Of a stretch of 38,413 nucleotides of DNA, positions 18,800 to 28,141 are shown piece after piece. Position numbers and translations under genes: made by a program. The notes under the pieces were generated by a model, which worked only from the letters and a program-made list of their open reading frames with translations, was not told where the DNA came from and did not search any database. The DNA is taken from the sequence record SRR31156797_5071; one strand, 5' to 3'. Numbering within the stretch: position 1 is the first letter of the stretch; every line of letters starts with the position of its first letter.

Positions 18800-19387
18800 A
18801 TGAGCGGATTACTACACAGAACAGAAAAAATTTCTCAGGTGGCAGCATGGTGCTCGGGCTTGCTCCTTTTTTTAGCCTCCATCATGATAGCGGTTGAGGT
18901 CATCCTACGCAAAGCTTTTGCCTATTCTATAGGAGGAGCAGATGAATTATCAAGTTACGCTCTAGCCATCAGCTGCACTTGGGGATTTAGCTATGCCCTG
19001 TTTCGTAAATCCCATATCCGTATCGATGTATTGTACAGTCGTCTGCCAGCTGCTGGGCGTTACCTGCTTGATTTAATCGCACACCTGTTGCTAGGAACCT
19101 ATATTGTTGTTCTCTGCTATTTCGGTTTTTTCGTAGTCAAAACCTCGATTGTGAAACATTCTGCCGCCAATACCCCTCTGGCAACCCCGTTATGGATTCC
19201 TCAGGGTCTCTGGCTCTTAGGGTTATTGTGGTTTGCGTTCTGTATCGCCATGATTCTTGGCGGTACCATTTTGCACCGTGTGCAAAACAACCACCGCGAA
19301 GCCAACAGACTTTCCGGAATATCCACCCTGGATGAAGAAATTCAAGAAACTGCTGAAATAAGCAAATTCCCAGAGGCTGCCTCATGA
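18800..19387 (+). CDS. dctQ: TRAP transporter small permease (DctQ)
   Basis: GADELSSY, HIRID and TPLWIPQ; ATGA overlap with dctM. Confidence 0.92.
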   Translation: MSGLLHRTEKISQVAAWCSGLLLFLASIMIAVEVILRKAFAYSIGGADELSSYALAISCTWGFSYALFRKSHIRIDVLYSRLPAAGRYLLDLIAHLLLGTYIVVLCYFGFFVVKTSIVKHSAANTPLATPLWIPQGLWLLGLLWFAFCIAMILGGTILHRVQNNHREANRLSGISTLDEEIQETAEISKFPEAAS

Positions 19388-20670
19388 TTATTACCGTAAC
19401 GCTGGCAATCCTGCTGGCTCTGCTTCTGCTAAGCGTCCCCGTGGCCGCAGCCCTTATAGCACTTGGACTATCCATTGGAGAAATTTTTTCAGATTTCCCA
19501 CTCTACCGTGCAATTGGGGAAATATCGTGGTCGGCAAGTACTGATTTCCTGCTGCTTTCTATTCCACTGTTTGTCATGCTTGGAGAAATTTTGCTGCGAG
19601 CAGGGATTGCGGCAAAGACATATAATGCCCTTAATAAATGGTTATCCTGGCTGCCGGGTGGGCTTTTGCAAGCCAATATAGGTACCTCCGCCCTTTTTGC
19701 AGCTACTTCCGGTTCATCTGTAGCCACGGCCGCAACTATTACTACAGTCGCTCTCCCCCAAGGAAGACTATATAATTACTCTGAAAAACTTTTTGCTGGT
19801 TCCATTGCAGCTGGCGGTACGCTGGGAATCCTTATCCCACCGTCAATCAACCTTATTGTATATGGCTTTCTCACCAACACCTCAATTCCGCGCCTTTTCC
19901 TGGCAGGTATTGTTCCCGGCATCCTACTGGCTATACTCTTTATGATGTGTATTGGAATTGCCTGTTTTCTCAACCCAAAATTGAGCGGAGGCAAACAGGC
20001 CGCTACCTGGCAGGAACGATTTGATAGTTTAAAAGACCTTATTCCGGTCCTTATCATTTTCGTGGTCGTCATTGGTTCAATCTATGCGGGGCTTGCTACG
20101 CCAACAGAGTCTGCAGCCTTGGGCGTACTCGCATCGCTGCTCCTTGCCTTTCGCTACCGCGCGGTCAGTATCGATTTTTTCAAACAGGTCTTTGAAGGGA
20201 CCATGCGCACAAGTTCCATGATAATGTTGATCCTTATTTCAGCAAACTTTCTCAACTTTATCCTGGATTCCATCGGTCTTGCCGAGATGCTCAATGAATT
20301 TGTAACCAACCTGGGAGCATCCCCGCTCAATACGCTGTTGGTAGTTATAGCGCTCTACATAGTTCTTGGTTTCTTTGTTGAAACCCTCTCACTTATGGTC
20401 ATCACTATTCCCATTGTTGCCCCGATACTGGTCAATATGGGATATGATCCCATTTGGTTTGGCATACTTCTGATCCTGTTGATTGAAATGGCCTTGATCA
20501 CGCCGCCAGTTGGTTTAAATCTCTATGTAGTTCAGGGAGTGCGACGTACAGGCTCCATCACCGATGTCATGGTTGGTGCGGCACCTTTTGTTGTTATGAT
20601 AGCAATCATGATTGTACTGCTCATCATTTTTCCAGAGATAGCCTTGTACTGCACCCAGTTTGTGAATTAA
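19384..20670 (+). CDS. dctM: TRAP transporter large permease (DctM)
   Basis: IPLFVMLGEIL, SGSSVAT, GGTLGILIPPS, TPTESAA, YDPIWFGI and ITPPVGLNL. Confidence 0.95.
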   Translation: MIITVTLAILLALLLLSVPVAAALIALGLSIGEIFSDFPLYRAIGEISWSASTDFLLLSIPLFVMLGEILLRAGIAAKTYNALNKWLSWLPGGLLQANIGTSALFAATSGSSVATAATITTVALPQGRLYNYSEKLFAGSIAAGGTLGILIPPSINLIVYGFLTNTSIPRLFLAGIVPGILLAILFMMCIGIACFLNPKLSGGKQAATWQERFDSLKDLIPVLIIFVVVIGSIYAGLATPTESAALGVLASLLLAFRYRAVSIDFFKQVFEGTMRTSSMIMLILISANFLNFILDSIGLAEMLNEFVTNLGASPLNTLLVVIALYIVLGFFVETLSLMVITIPIVAPILVNMGYDPIWFGILLILLIEMALITPPVGLNLYVVQGVRRTGSITDVMVGAAPFVVMIAIMIVLLIIFPEIALYCTQFVN

Positions 20671-20872
20671 TAAATATCAACCAAAGACCAGACTATATAT
20701 TTCCTGATTACGTACAATACACAGCCAATTATACAAGCCGACAGGGAACTGATTATATTTTTCTTTACACCAATGAGGCAGATCGAAACCTGCACGGAGA
20801 AATTCAATCTGTCTCCTTAAGCGGGAAATGGCTGAGTTTCATAGGTAATCAGACTAAACTTTGGATAAACCA

Positions 20873-21409
20873 ATGAAAAAAAGAACACCACCTTCTCCCA
20901 ATGTCCCTTTTTCACCTATTGTATCTTCCGAGCATCTGGTTTCTGAAGATACATGGCCATTGAGTGAATTTGAATATGGTCTGATCACCGCCCATCACGT
21001 TTTTTCCCGATGGATGATCCGCTGTATGCATGCTGCAGGATATGATGATTTCAGTCCACTGGATGTATTGGTTATCCATAATCTCAACCATAGAGACAGG
21101 CAGAAGCGTTTGGTTGATATCTGCTTTGTCCTCAATATAGAGGACCACCATACCGTCAACTATTCCCTTAAAAAACTCATCAAGGGCGGTTTGGTGCAAC
21201 GTGAAAAACGTGGTAAGGAAATGTTTTATTGCACCACAGAGAAGGGGAAGGAAGCGTGCCGTAAATATCGTGATATTCGTGAAAAATGCCTTTGTTCAGA
21301 ATACAGAGGGCTCGGCAAAGAAGCATCAGAGGTCAGCGAAGCAGCATCCCTGCTTCGACTCATGTCCGGTCTTTACGACCAGGCATCCAGGGCAGCATCA
21401 TTACTGTAA
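20873..21409 (+). CDS. MarR-like winged-helix DNA-binding protein
   Basis: IVSSEHL...LSEFEYGL...RWMIRCM, ICFVLNIED.HTVNYSLKKL..GLV and TEKG wing. ATG 20873 (TTG 20861 alternative). Confidence 0.85.
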   Translation: MKKRTPPSPNVPFSPIVSSEHLVSEDTWPLSEFEYGLITAHHVFSRWMIRCMHAAGYDDFSPLDVLVIHNLNHRDRQKRLVDICFVLNIEDHHTVNYSLKKLIKGGLVQREKRGKEMFYCTTEKGKEACRKYRDIREKCLCSEYRGLGKEASEVSEAASLLRLMSGLYDQASRAASLL

Positions 21410-21455
21410 AAAAAACTAGCTACCGGTCGCTCCGCACAAAGGATAGCCCAGAAGC

Positions 21456-21486
21456 ATCTCCTGTGACACCGTATGTTACAGGAGAT
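21456..21486 (+). terminator. Stem-loop between the convergent marR-like and nim-like genes
   Basis: ATCTCCTGTGACA-CCGTA-TGTTACAGGAGAT followed by ATCTTTTATT. Confidence 0.7.
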
Positions 21487-21491
21487 ATCTT

Positions 21492-21980
21492 TTATTCCTT
21501 GCTTCCCTTCGTGCCACTTGCCGGAGCCCTTTTCCCATCAATATGTTTGATTTCAATTTTTATAACTTTCGTAGCTTTATCGAGTTTTTCAATATACTTT
21601 TTGCCTTCTTCCATAAATTCTGGCGAATATTTCTCTAACAACCATTCTAGGGCATTATAACGCTCAGTTCCCTGTACCTCAGATGCAACCCCAAAGACTA
21701 CTGCGCTCACATAATTAGTAGAAAAATCAGCAGGTAGCACTTCTACATCCCCCACCACACAAAAAGATACTTGAGGATTATTATCAATGTTATCAAGCTT
21801 GCAGCCTGTTAAAGCACAGTGAAAATAAACCGCATTATCCTTAAACACATAGTTCAAGGGAACGCCGTAAGGCTGCCCATCTTCTCCGACCGTTGACAGG
21901 ATACCGTATTCTTCATTGGTAAGTAACGCGGCAGTTTCTACCACACCAAGTTGTTTATCTTTTCTTCTCAATTCCTTCAT
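21492..21980 (-). CDS. Pyridoxamine 5'-phosphate oxidase-like flavin-binding protein (Nim-like)
   Basis: LRRKDK N-terminus, YGILS, PYGVPLNY, YFHCA..G.K, NPQVSFCVVG, Y.SAVVFG and L.EKYSP. Confidence 0.85.
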   Translation of the reverse strand: MKELRRKDKQLGVVETAALLTNEEYGILSTVGEDGQPYGVPLNYVFKDNAVYFHCALTGCKLDNIDNNPQVSFCVVGDVEVLPADFSTNYVSAVVFGVASEVQGTERYNALEWLLEKYSPEFMEEGKKYIEKLDKATKVIKIEIKHIDGKRAPASGTKGSKE

Positions 21981-22060
21981 GAAATTTCATTCCTGATAAC
22001 TGAATTTATCGACTATGCAACGAGTACCACAGAACCTCGCCTTCTCCCCTATCTGAAACA

Positions 22061-25000
22061 TTACAGTTGCACTTCACACCCTATTCCGGCTTTCTCTCGC
22101 CCTGTAATGTGCTGCACCAGATCAGTAACATCGTTTGTGATCATAAACAGGCAGGGGATAAGTATTAAGACAATAATGGTGGCAAAAATAATTCCGTATC
22201 CTAGCGATAAGGCCATAGGAATCATGAACCGTGCCTGCCTGGAAGTTTCAAAAATCATCGGTGCCAACCCACCAAAAGTAGTCAAGGTTGTTAGCACAAT
22301 GGGGCGAAATCTTCGTAATCCAGCTGCATGAATAGCCTGGTACGGCTGCATTCCCTTTGCCATTTGTTTATTTGCAAAATCAATGAGTACCAGTGAGTCG
22401 TTCACCAAGACCCCAGAAAGTGCCACCATACCCATCATACTCATAACACTGAGGTTGTACCCCATCAGCATATGCCCCAAAACAGCTCCCACAATACCAA
22501 AAGGTATCGCCATCATGACCACAATCGGCTGTATATAACTCTTAAAAGGTATGGCTAACAGAAAATAAATTATGAGCATTGCCCCCCCAAATCCAAAAAC
22601 CAGGCTTTGCATACTTTCTGTTTTATCGGCCTGTCTGCCTTCATATCCATACGAAAGTCCAGGATATTTCTGTAAAAGAGCTGGCAGAATAGTGCTATCG
22701 AGAGCAGCACTGATGATATTGCTGTCACCGATGGGGTCAACGTCCGCCCCGACCATTACGGTGCGACGCCCCTCCCTTCGACTGATACTGGTATACGCCC
22801 GGCCTCTCTCCATCTCAGCAGCATAACTGAGCGGCACAAATTCCCCGTCTGGCGATTTGATAAGCATTGACTCAATGGCATATTCACTCACTCGCTGCGC
22901 TTCAGGTAATCGTACCCGAACAGACACCTCATTTCTTGCCCGCTGCTGCTTTAATGCGATAACACCCTGAAAACTGTTTCGCACCTGGCTCGCGATTGCT
23001 GCGGCTGTCAATCCGAGGCTTTCTCCTTCCGGCGTAATCTTAAAGTCGAGCTGCTCTTTACCCGGATTAAAGCCATCGTCAATATCTTTTATCTGGGAAA
23101 ACTCTGCTAACTGTTCGGCAAGGTCACTGCTGGCCTTGTCCAGCACACTAATATCACGATGGGACAGTTCCACTGAAAGTGATTTCCCTCTACCTGGGCC
23201 GCCCCTATCAAATTCAAACCGAAGAGACTGGAGGCCGATGATCGAGCCTGTTGCTTTCCGCCAAGTCTTTGTCATTTCCCTCGTCGACATGGTACGCAGT
23301 TCCTGATCTGCAAGATAGGCGGTTATTATGACAATATTATTATCAATCTTTGTAAAAATGTCTGTAACCAAATTCTTTCCACCGTTCTCCTCAACAACGT
23401 GCTCCAATGAATCTACCAATTTATCCCGTACTGCTATTGCCTTATTGTCCGGGCTGCCATAGGGCAAAGTGGCGGTAACAACAGCGTAGTCTGACTCAAC
23501 TCTTGGCATGAGGATGATACCAACCCTGCCGCTTAGTACATAACCAAGAACTATAACGAGGACAGTTATACCTGTTGCAACCGACAGGTATCTTTTGCGC
23601 AGTAAAAAATGGAGCGCAGGCCCGTATCCCCTGTCAATAAACCAAAGGAGTCCTTTACAGAATTTCTGTTGCCATCTGTACAGCTTTTTCGTGACAATAT
23701 TACCGGCCCCGTTCTTGGTGTGAGCAAGATGCGCTGGAAGAATGAAAATTGACTCTACCCAGGAAACAATAAAAACCGTCACCACGACGATAGGTATCAC
23801 CTTCCATATTTTACCCATAACCCCAGGAACAAAGAACATGGGAAGAAAGGCAGCAATATTAGTTAAAATACTAAACGTAATTGGGATGGCGACATCTTTT
23901 GCCCCTTGAATGGCCGCCTCGGCAAAGCCCATGTTCTGCTGCCGGTATTCATAAATATTTTCTCCGGCTATAATTGCATCATCAACTACTATCCCCAAAG
24001 CCACAATAAAGGCGAACATGGAGATCATATTTATGGACACGTCAAACAAGGGAAGAAAAAGCATACAGCCAAGAAAAGAAACAGGAATGCCCATGGTAAC
24101 CCAGAAGGCAAGTTTAAAATCCAAGAATAGACCAAGCAGTACCAACACCAACAGTAACCCGATAAAGGCATTTTTAAACAACAGATCCAGCCGCTGCTGA
24201 TACACCTCGGACATATCTCTGTTAATTTCCCACTGGATACCTAAAGGGAGGTCAGGCTCTATTTCAACCATTGCTGTTCGTACCGCACCAGAAACACCGA
24301 GCGGTGTCTGGCTGCCGACCCTGTATATGTCAAGAGCAATGGTCGGGTTGCCGTTAAAGGTGACTACTTTATCTGACTCTTCAAACCCCTCTTTAACTGT
24401 TGCAATATCCTCAAGGTACAGCACGGTCCCATTCATTGCTGTGACGACAGGAATCTTGCTGAACTCCTCTGCCCAATCATGACGCTCTTTCACTCGGAGG
24501 AGAATATCTCCACTCGTTGTTTCAATTTCTCCACCAGGAATCTCAATAGAAGCCTTGTTGATTGTTTCAGCAACAGTTGCCAAGCTTAAATTATGTGCAC
24601 GCAGTTGATCCTGGCTGATTTCGACCTGGATCTCATAATCCCTTGCGCCAACAATACTTACCTGAGAAATGTCCTGCTGTAGCAAAAGACGATCACGCAC
24701 TTGTTCGCCCAGCTCTCTTAAGATTGATTCCGATACCTTTCCATAAAGACTCAATTGCAAAACTTCCCGCTTTCTCGAGCTTAGGGACACAACGGGTTCT
24801 TCTGATTCATCGGGAAAGGTGGTAATCCTATCAATTTCCTGCTTGATTTCTTGGAGAACTTTTTGCCGATCAGCACCATCAATAAGTTCTGCTGTTACAG
24901 TTCCTGAGCCTTCAGTTGCGTTGGCTGTAATTTCCTTTACACCTTCAATCGATTGAACTGCCTCTTCTACCACCAGTAAAATTCCCTGCTCTACCTCTGC

Positions 25001-25195
25001 TGGGCTTGCGCCTGGATATGCAACACTGATAATTACATTATCCATTACAAAATCAGGAAAGACTTCTTTCTTTATATTCAAAGAAATTAGAAATCCACCA
25101 ATAACAAGAAGTATCATCAGCAGATTGGGAGTCACACCATTGTTGACCATCCATGAGATTGGCCCTTGAGATGACATTCTTTTCTCTTTCATCAT
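22061..25195 (-). CDS. RND efflux permease (AcrB/AcrD/AcrF family)
   Basis: 1044 aa; YPGASPAEVE, GIVVDDAI...EN, IPFGIVGA, GVLVNDS and RFRPIVLTTLTTFGGL. Confidence 0.96.
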   Translation of the reverse strand: MMKEKRMSSQGPISWMVNNGVTPNLLMILLVIGGFLISLNIKKEVFPDFVMDNVIISVAYPGASPAEVEQGILLVVEEAVQSIEGVKEITANATEGSGTVTAELIDGADRQKVLQEIKQEIDRITTFPDESEEPVVSLSSRKREVLQLSLYGKVSESILRELGEQVRDRLLLQQDISQVSIVGARDYEIQVEISQDQLRAHNLSLATVAETINKASIEIPGGEIETTSGDILLRVKERHDWAEEFSKIPVVTAMNGTVLYLEDIATVKEGFEESDKVVTFNGNPTIALDIYRVGSQTPLGVSGAVRTAMVEIEPDLPLGIQWEINRDMSEVYQQRLDLLFKNAFIGLLLVLVLLGLFLDFKLAFWVTMGIPVSFLGCMLFLPLFDVSINMISMFAFIVALGIVVDDAIIAGENIYEYRQQNMGFAEAAIQGAKDVAIPITFSILTNIAAFLPMFFVPGVMGKIWKVIPIVVVTVFIVSWVESIFILPAHLAHTKNGAGNIVTKKLYRWQQKFCKGLLWFIDRGYGPALHFLLRKRYLSVATGITVLVIVLGYVLSGRVGIILMPRVESDYAVVTATLPYGSPDNKAIAVRDKLVDSLEHVVEENGGKNLVTDIFTKIDNNIVIITAYLADQELRTMSTREMTKTWRKATGSIIGLQSLRFEFDRGGPGRGKSLSVELSHRDISVLDKASSDLAEQLAEFSQIKDIDDGFNPGKEQLDFKITPEGESLGLTAAAIASQVRNSFQGVIALKQQRARNEVSVRVRLPEAQRVSEYAIESMLIKSPDGEFVPLSYAAEMERGRAYTSISRREGRRTVMVGADVDPIGDSNIISAALDSTILPALLQKYPGLSYGYEGRQADKTESMQSLVFGFGGAMLIIYFLLAIPFKSYIQPIVVMMAIPFGIVGAVLGHMLMGYNLSVMSMMGMVALSGVLVNDSLVLIDFANKQMAKGMQPYQAIHAAGLRRFRPIVLTTLTTFGGLAPMIFETSRQARFMIPMALSLGYGIIFATIIVLILIPCLFMITNDVTDLVQHITGREKAGIGCEVQL

Positions 25196-26508
25196 TTCTT
25201 CTCATTATGGTATTGGGCATATTGATTATTGGGTTCGTTTACATCTGTCATCCCTAATGCTGCAGATTTTGAACGGCGCAGCAACATACCGTGCACTGGT
25301 GTAGAAAGGCTGGATACGATCAGCTCTTCCTTCTCCTCTATGCCTGCTGTAACCAACACGTTTCCCTGGTTTTTAAAGGCAATAGTCACTTCGCGAATAT
25401 CCAGTGTTCCATCATCTTTCAGTACCCACAGCTCTTTCCCGTTACGCAGAAACTCCCGCGAAACTTCGAAAGAGTGTGAAACAGGAACGCCTTCAATAGA
25501 TACCCGCACAAACGAATCAATGAGCACCTTGGGTTTATCTAAATTAACAGGATCGATGGACATGGGATCCTCCACAGCAACAAGCAATCTTGCCATTCGC
25601 CCCTCGCTCTCCAGCGAAGGCAGAAGCTGGATAACTTGACCCTGCCGAAAATTCTCCTCACCCCAGGCTGCAGGATTATAAATTTTTACTCCTGCCCCTT
25701 GTTTCCCGTCTTTATCTGGTACAGATATCCATTGCAGCTGCTCTTCAGGGACAGAGACTTCGACCCAATAGGTGTCGGTACCAATAAGAGTAGCTATCGA
25801 GGAGGATGAAGATACCCAGGTCCCAATATTCACATCTCGGCTTTGGATCATACCATTAAAAGGTGCCCGAATTCTGGTTCGTTCAAGGTTGAGTTGAGCC
25901 TGCTCATATTGAGCCTGGGCAACTTGCAAATCGTTTTCGAGATTATGTAATTGCGGCTGTCGCAGCATCAATCCTTTTTCAAGCTCAGACACCTCTTCTC
26001 CAAGGAGGTCAAGCTCCCGTTGCGCAACCAGTTGGTTACCCTTTTCAAGTTCAATATTATTTTTTGCTTGAGCCACTTGACTTGCCTGCTGCCTTAGAAG
26101 AAGTTCATAGTCCTTAGGGTTAACTTGCAGCAAAGTATTCCCTTTGGTAAAATTACCGCCAGGGATGAGCTGATCGCTTATTACAGTTACCTCCCCGCTT
26201 ACCTGGGGCTTGAGCTCAATTGTTTGTGCAGGTTTAACCACCCCCATAGCATCAATAACTGTTGGATAGGTGCCAAACAGAGCAGGAACTGTTTCCACCA
26301 AAACAACATTTTTACTCTTAGGTATCGGTTTGGCCTGGGGACCAGATCCAAGTAAGTGAACAGTAATTAATCCACCGGTAACGAGAACTGCAAACGGGAA
26401 AAAAACTGTCCAAATAATGAAGGCGAATTTGGATTTACCCACATGAGATTTTGGTGGAAAGGAGTGTGATTGTCGTTTTTCCACATTACAAGATTGGATA
26501 GTATTCAT
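25192..26508 (-). CDS. RND periplasmic adaptor (membrane fusion protein)
   Basis: N-terminal TM, PQVSGEV lipoyl half, coiled hairpin, LERTRIRAPFNG; ATG 26508 after AGGAG; ATGA overlap with the permease. Confidence 0.93.
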   Translation of the reverse strand: MNTIQSCNVEKRQSHSFPPKSHVGKSKFAFIIWTVFFPFAVLVTGGLITVHLLGSGPQAKPIPKSKNVVLVETVPALFGTYPTVIDAMGVVKPAQTIELKPQVSGEVTVISDQLIPGGNFTKGNTLLQVNPKDYELLLRQQASQVAQAKNNIELEKGNQLVAQRELDLLGEEVSELEKGLMLRQPQLHNLENDLQVAQAQYEQAQLNLERTRIRAPFNGMIQSRDVNIGTWVSSSSSIATLIGTDTYWVEVSVPEEQLQWISVPDKDGKQGAGVKIYNPAAWGEENFRQGQVIQLLPSLESEGRMARLLVAVEDPMSIDPVNLDKPKVLIDSFVRVSIEGVPVSHSFEVSREFLRNGKELWVLKDDGTLDIREVTIAFKNQGNVLVTAGIEEKEELIVSSLSTPVHGMLLRRSKSAALGMTDVNEPNNQYAQYHNEKK

Positions 26509-26553
26509 AGTGCTCCTAAGTAGCAATGCTCAAATGGTTTGCTTTTGTTCAGG

Positions 26554-27951
26554 TTAGATATTACGAGGATTCTCGCTATAATCCCAACCACTGCCAAGGG
26601 CGCGGCACAGTTGGATTCGATTGACCAGGACAGTTGTTTGGGCAGTTATTTCGCTTTGCTGCAATGCCTGGAGGGATGTCAAGGCAGATAGTACCCGTTC
26701 GTAATTTTCAACACCCTTCAGATAACGCTCCTTGACCTGGTCCATACTTTGGGTTGCGAGATTAAGTTGCACCTTCAGACTGTTAATATATTGTAGTTGT
26801 TGCTTTTCCTGGATCAACGCATCTTCGACCTCACCTGCTGCAACAAGTATTGCTTGGCCATAATCATGGAGTTGTTCGGCTGCTGCAGCTTTTGTCCTTT
26901 CTACTTCTGCCTTGCGCTGCCCTCCATCAATAATAGGACCGACCAGGCTCGAAGCAAAAGAGGCTATATAGCTGTTAAAAATATCACCTCCATAATAGCC
27001 AGATGTCTCAAGGGAAACTGTAAACCTAAGTGCAGGGAATCTATCTGCAATTGCAGCTGCTACCCTTTTGTCGGCGGCTTCTACAGCCAGAAATGCACTG
27101 CGTATATCCGGACGTTGCCGAATCAATTCTGCGGGTATCCCTGTTTGGGGTAGCTCTGGCAGCAAGGTAAGCGCTAAAGGTACTTCATAGGATTTCATTC
27201 CAGGTACCAAACCGAGAAGTATGGTTAACTGGTGTTCACTTTGTTTACGTTCAGCCTCTTTTTGAATTTTTTCACCGGTTGTTGATTCCACTAACTGGCG
27301 TTGCTGCAAAACATCTGCTATGGAGACCTGGCCAGTCTTGAACTGAGCAGTAACTATTTCAAGTCCCTTCACATTAGTTTCTATCTGTTTTCCCAGCAAA
27401 CGGATGGCACATGTCTGTTCAACCAACTGGTACCATGTGGTTGCCACCTCTGCGGTTAACGTCATTGCAGCTGCATCTAGATCAGCTTCGGTTGCCTGCA
27501 TATCAAGCCAAGATGCATCAGCAGTCGAGCCGATCCTCCCCCATAAGTCGAGTTCGTATTGTGCCGAAATGCCGAGAGCCAGCTGGTCGGTTTTCACTGT
27601 GGTGTCATCACTTTCAGCCGCGCGATGGGAACCGCTTGCTTCTCCATCAAGTGCGGGAAATAGGTCAGAGCGGGTTTTGCTATAAACAGCCCTTGCCTGT
27701 TTAAGCCTGTCCCAGCTGCTCATTAATGAAAAATTATTATTCAAGGCCTGGTCAATCAGGTCGTTAAGCATGGGGTCATTAAATGACAGCCACCATGATG
27801 GTGCCTGCACCGCAGTACCAGACGTGGAAAAAGAGGAAGGGAGTTCAACCGGTGCAGAGACAGGTGCATGTTTGGTGCTGCATCCTGTTATCAGTAATAG
27901 TGAGAGTATGCCGGTTGCAATGTGATATCTTGTACTTCTTTTTGTATTCAT
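26554..27951 (-). CDS. Outer-membrane efflux lipoprotein (NodT/TolC family)
   Basis: Lipobox LITGC after MNTKRSTR (ATG 27951); WWLSFNDP.L, YELDLWG, RPDI and ALGSGW. Confidence 0.93.
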   Translation of the reverse strand: MNTKRSTRYHIATGILSLLLITGCSTKHAPVSAPVELPSSFSTSGTAVQAPSWWLSFNDPMLNDLIDQALNNNFSLMSSWDRLKQARAVYSKTRSDLFPALDGEASGSHRAAESDDTTVKTDQLALGISAQYELDLWGRIGSTADASWLDMQATEADLDAAAMTLTAEVATTWYQLVEQTCAIRLLGKQIETNVKGLEIVTAQFKTGQVSIADVLQQRQLVESTTGEKIQKEAERKQSEHQLTILLGLVPGMKSYEVPLALTLLPELPQTGIPAELIRQRPDIRSAFLAVEAADKRVAAAIADRFPALRFTVSLETSGYYGGDIFNSYIASFASSLVGPIIDGGQRKAEVERTKAAAAEQLHDYGQAILVAAGEVEDALIQEKQQLQYINSLKVQLNLATQSMDQVKERYLKGVENYERVLSALTSLQALQQSEITAQTTVLVNRIQLCRALGSGWDYSENPRNI

Positions 27952-28016
27952 ATTTTTGGTAGCGGATAATGATATTAAGACTTTGCTTGGTAAGTGATGC
28001 AGCAAAAATACCCTGC

Positions 28017-28049
28017 CAATTGGTAAGAAATGAGGAAACAATGTGTAAA
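28017..28049 (-). promoter_or_regulatory. Three 11-bp-phased direct repeats; candidate OmpR/BaeR-family binding site
   Basis: Minus strand TTTACACATTG / TTTCCTCATTT / CTTACCAATTG, between the efflux operon and the divergent two-component genes. Confidence 0.45.
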
Positions 28050-28141
28050 TGCATATTTTTTGTGCATCTTGACCATTCATCGCTTAAAGAAGGGACAAAC
28101 GTATTGCCAGTTCAGATCATATCAGGGAGATCGATTGAAGA

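Noticed and set aside
28002-28019. Sigma-54-like TTGGCA...TTGC on the minus strand
   Set aside because: GG-to-GC spacing is 12 nt rather than the required 10.
27952-28080. ORF-track start of the OMF at 28080
   Set aside because: It would put 43 aa before a normal lipoprotein signal and span the divergent promoter region.
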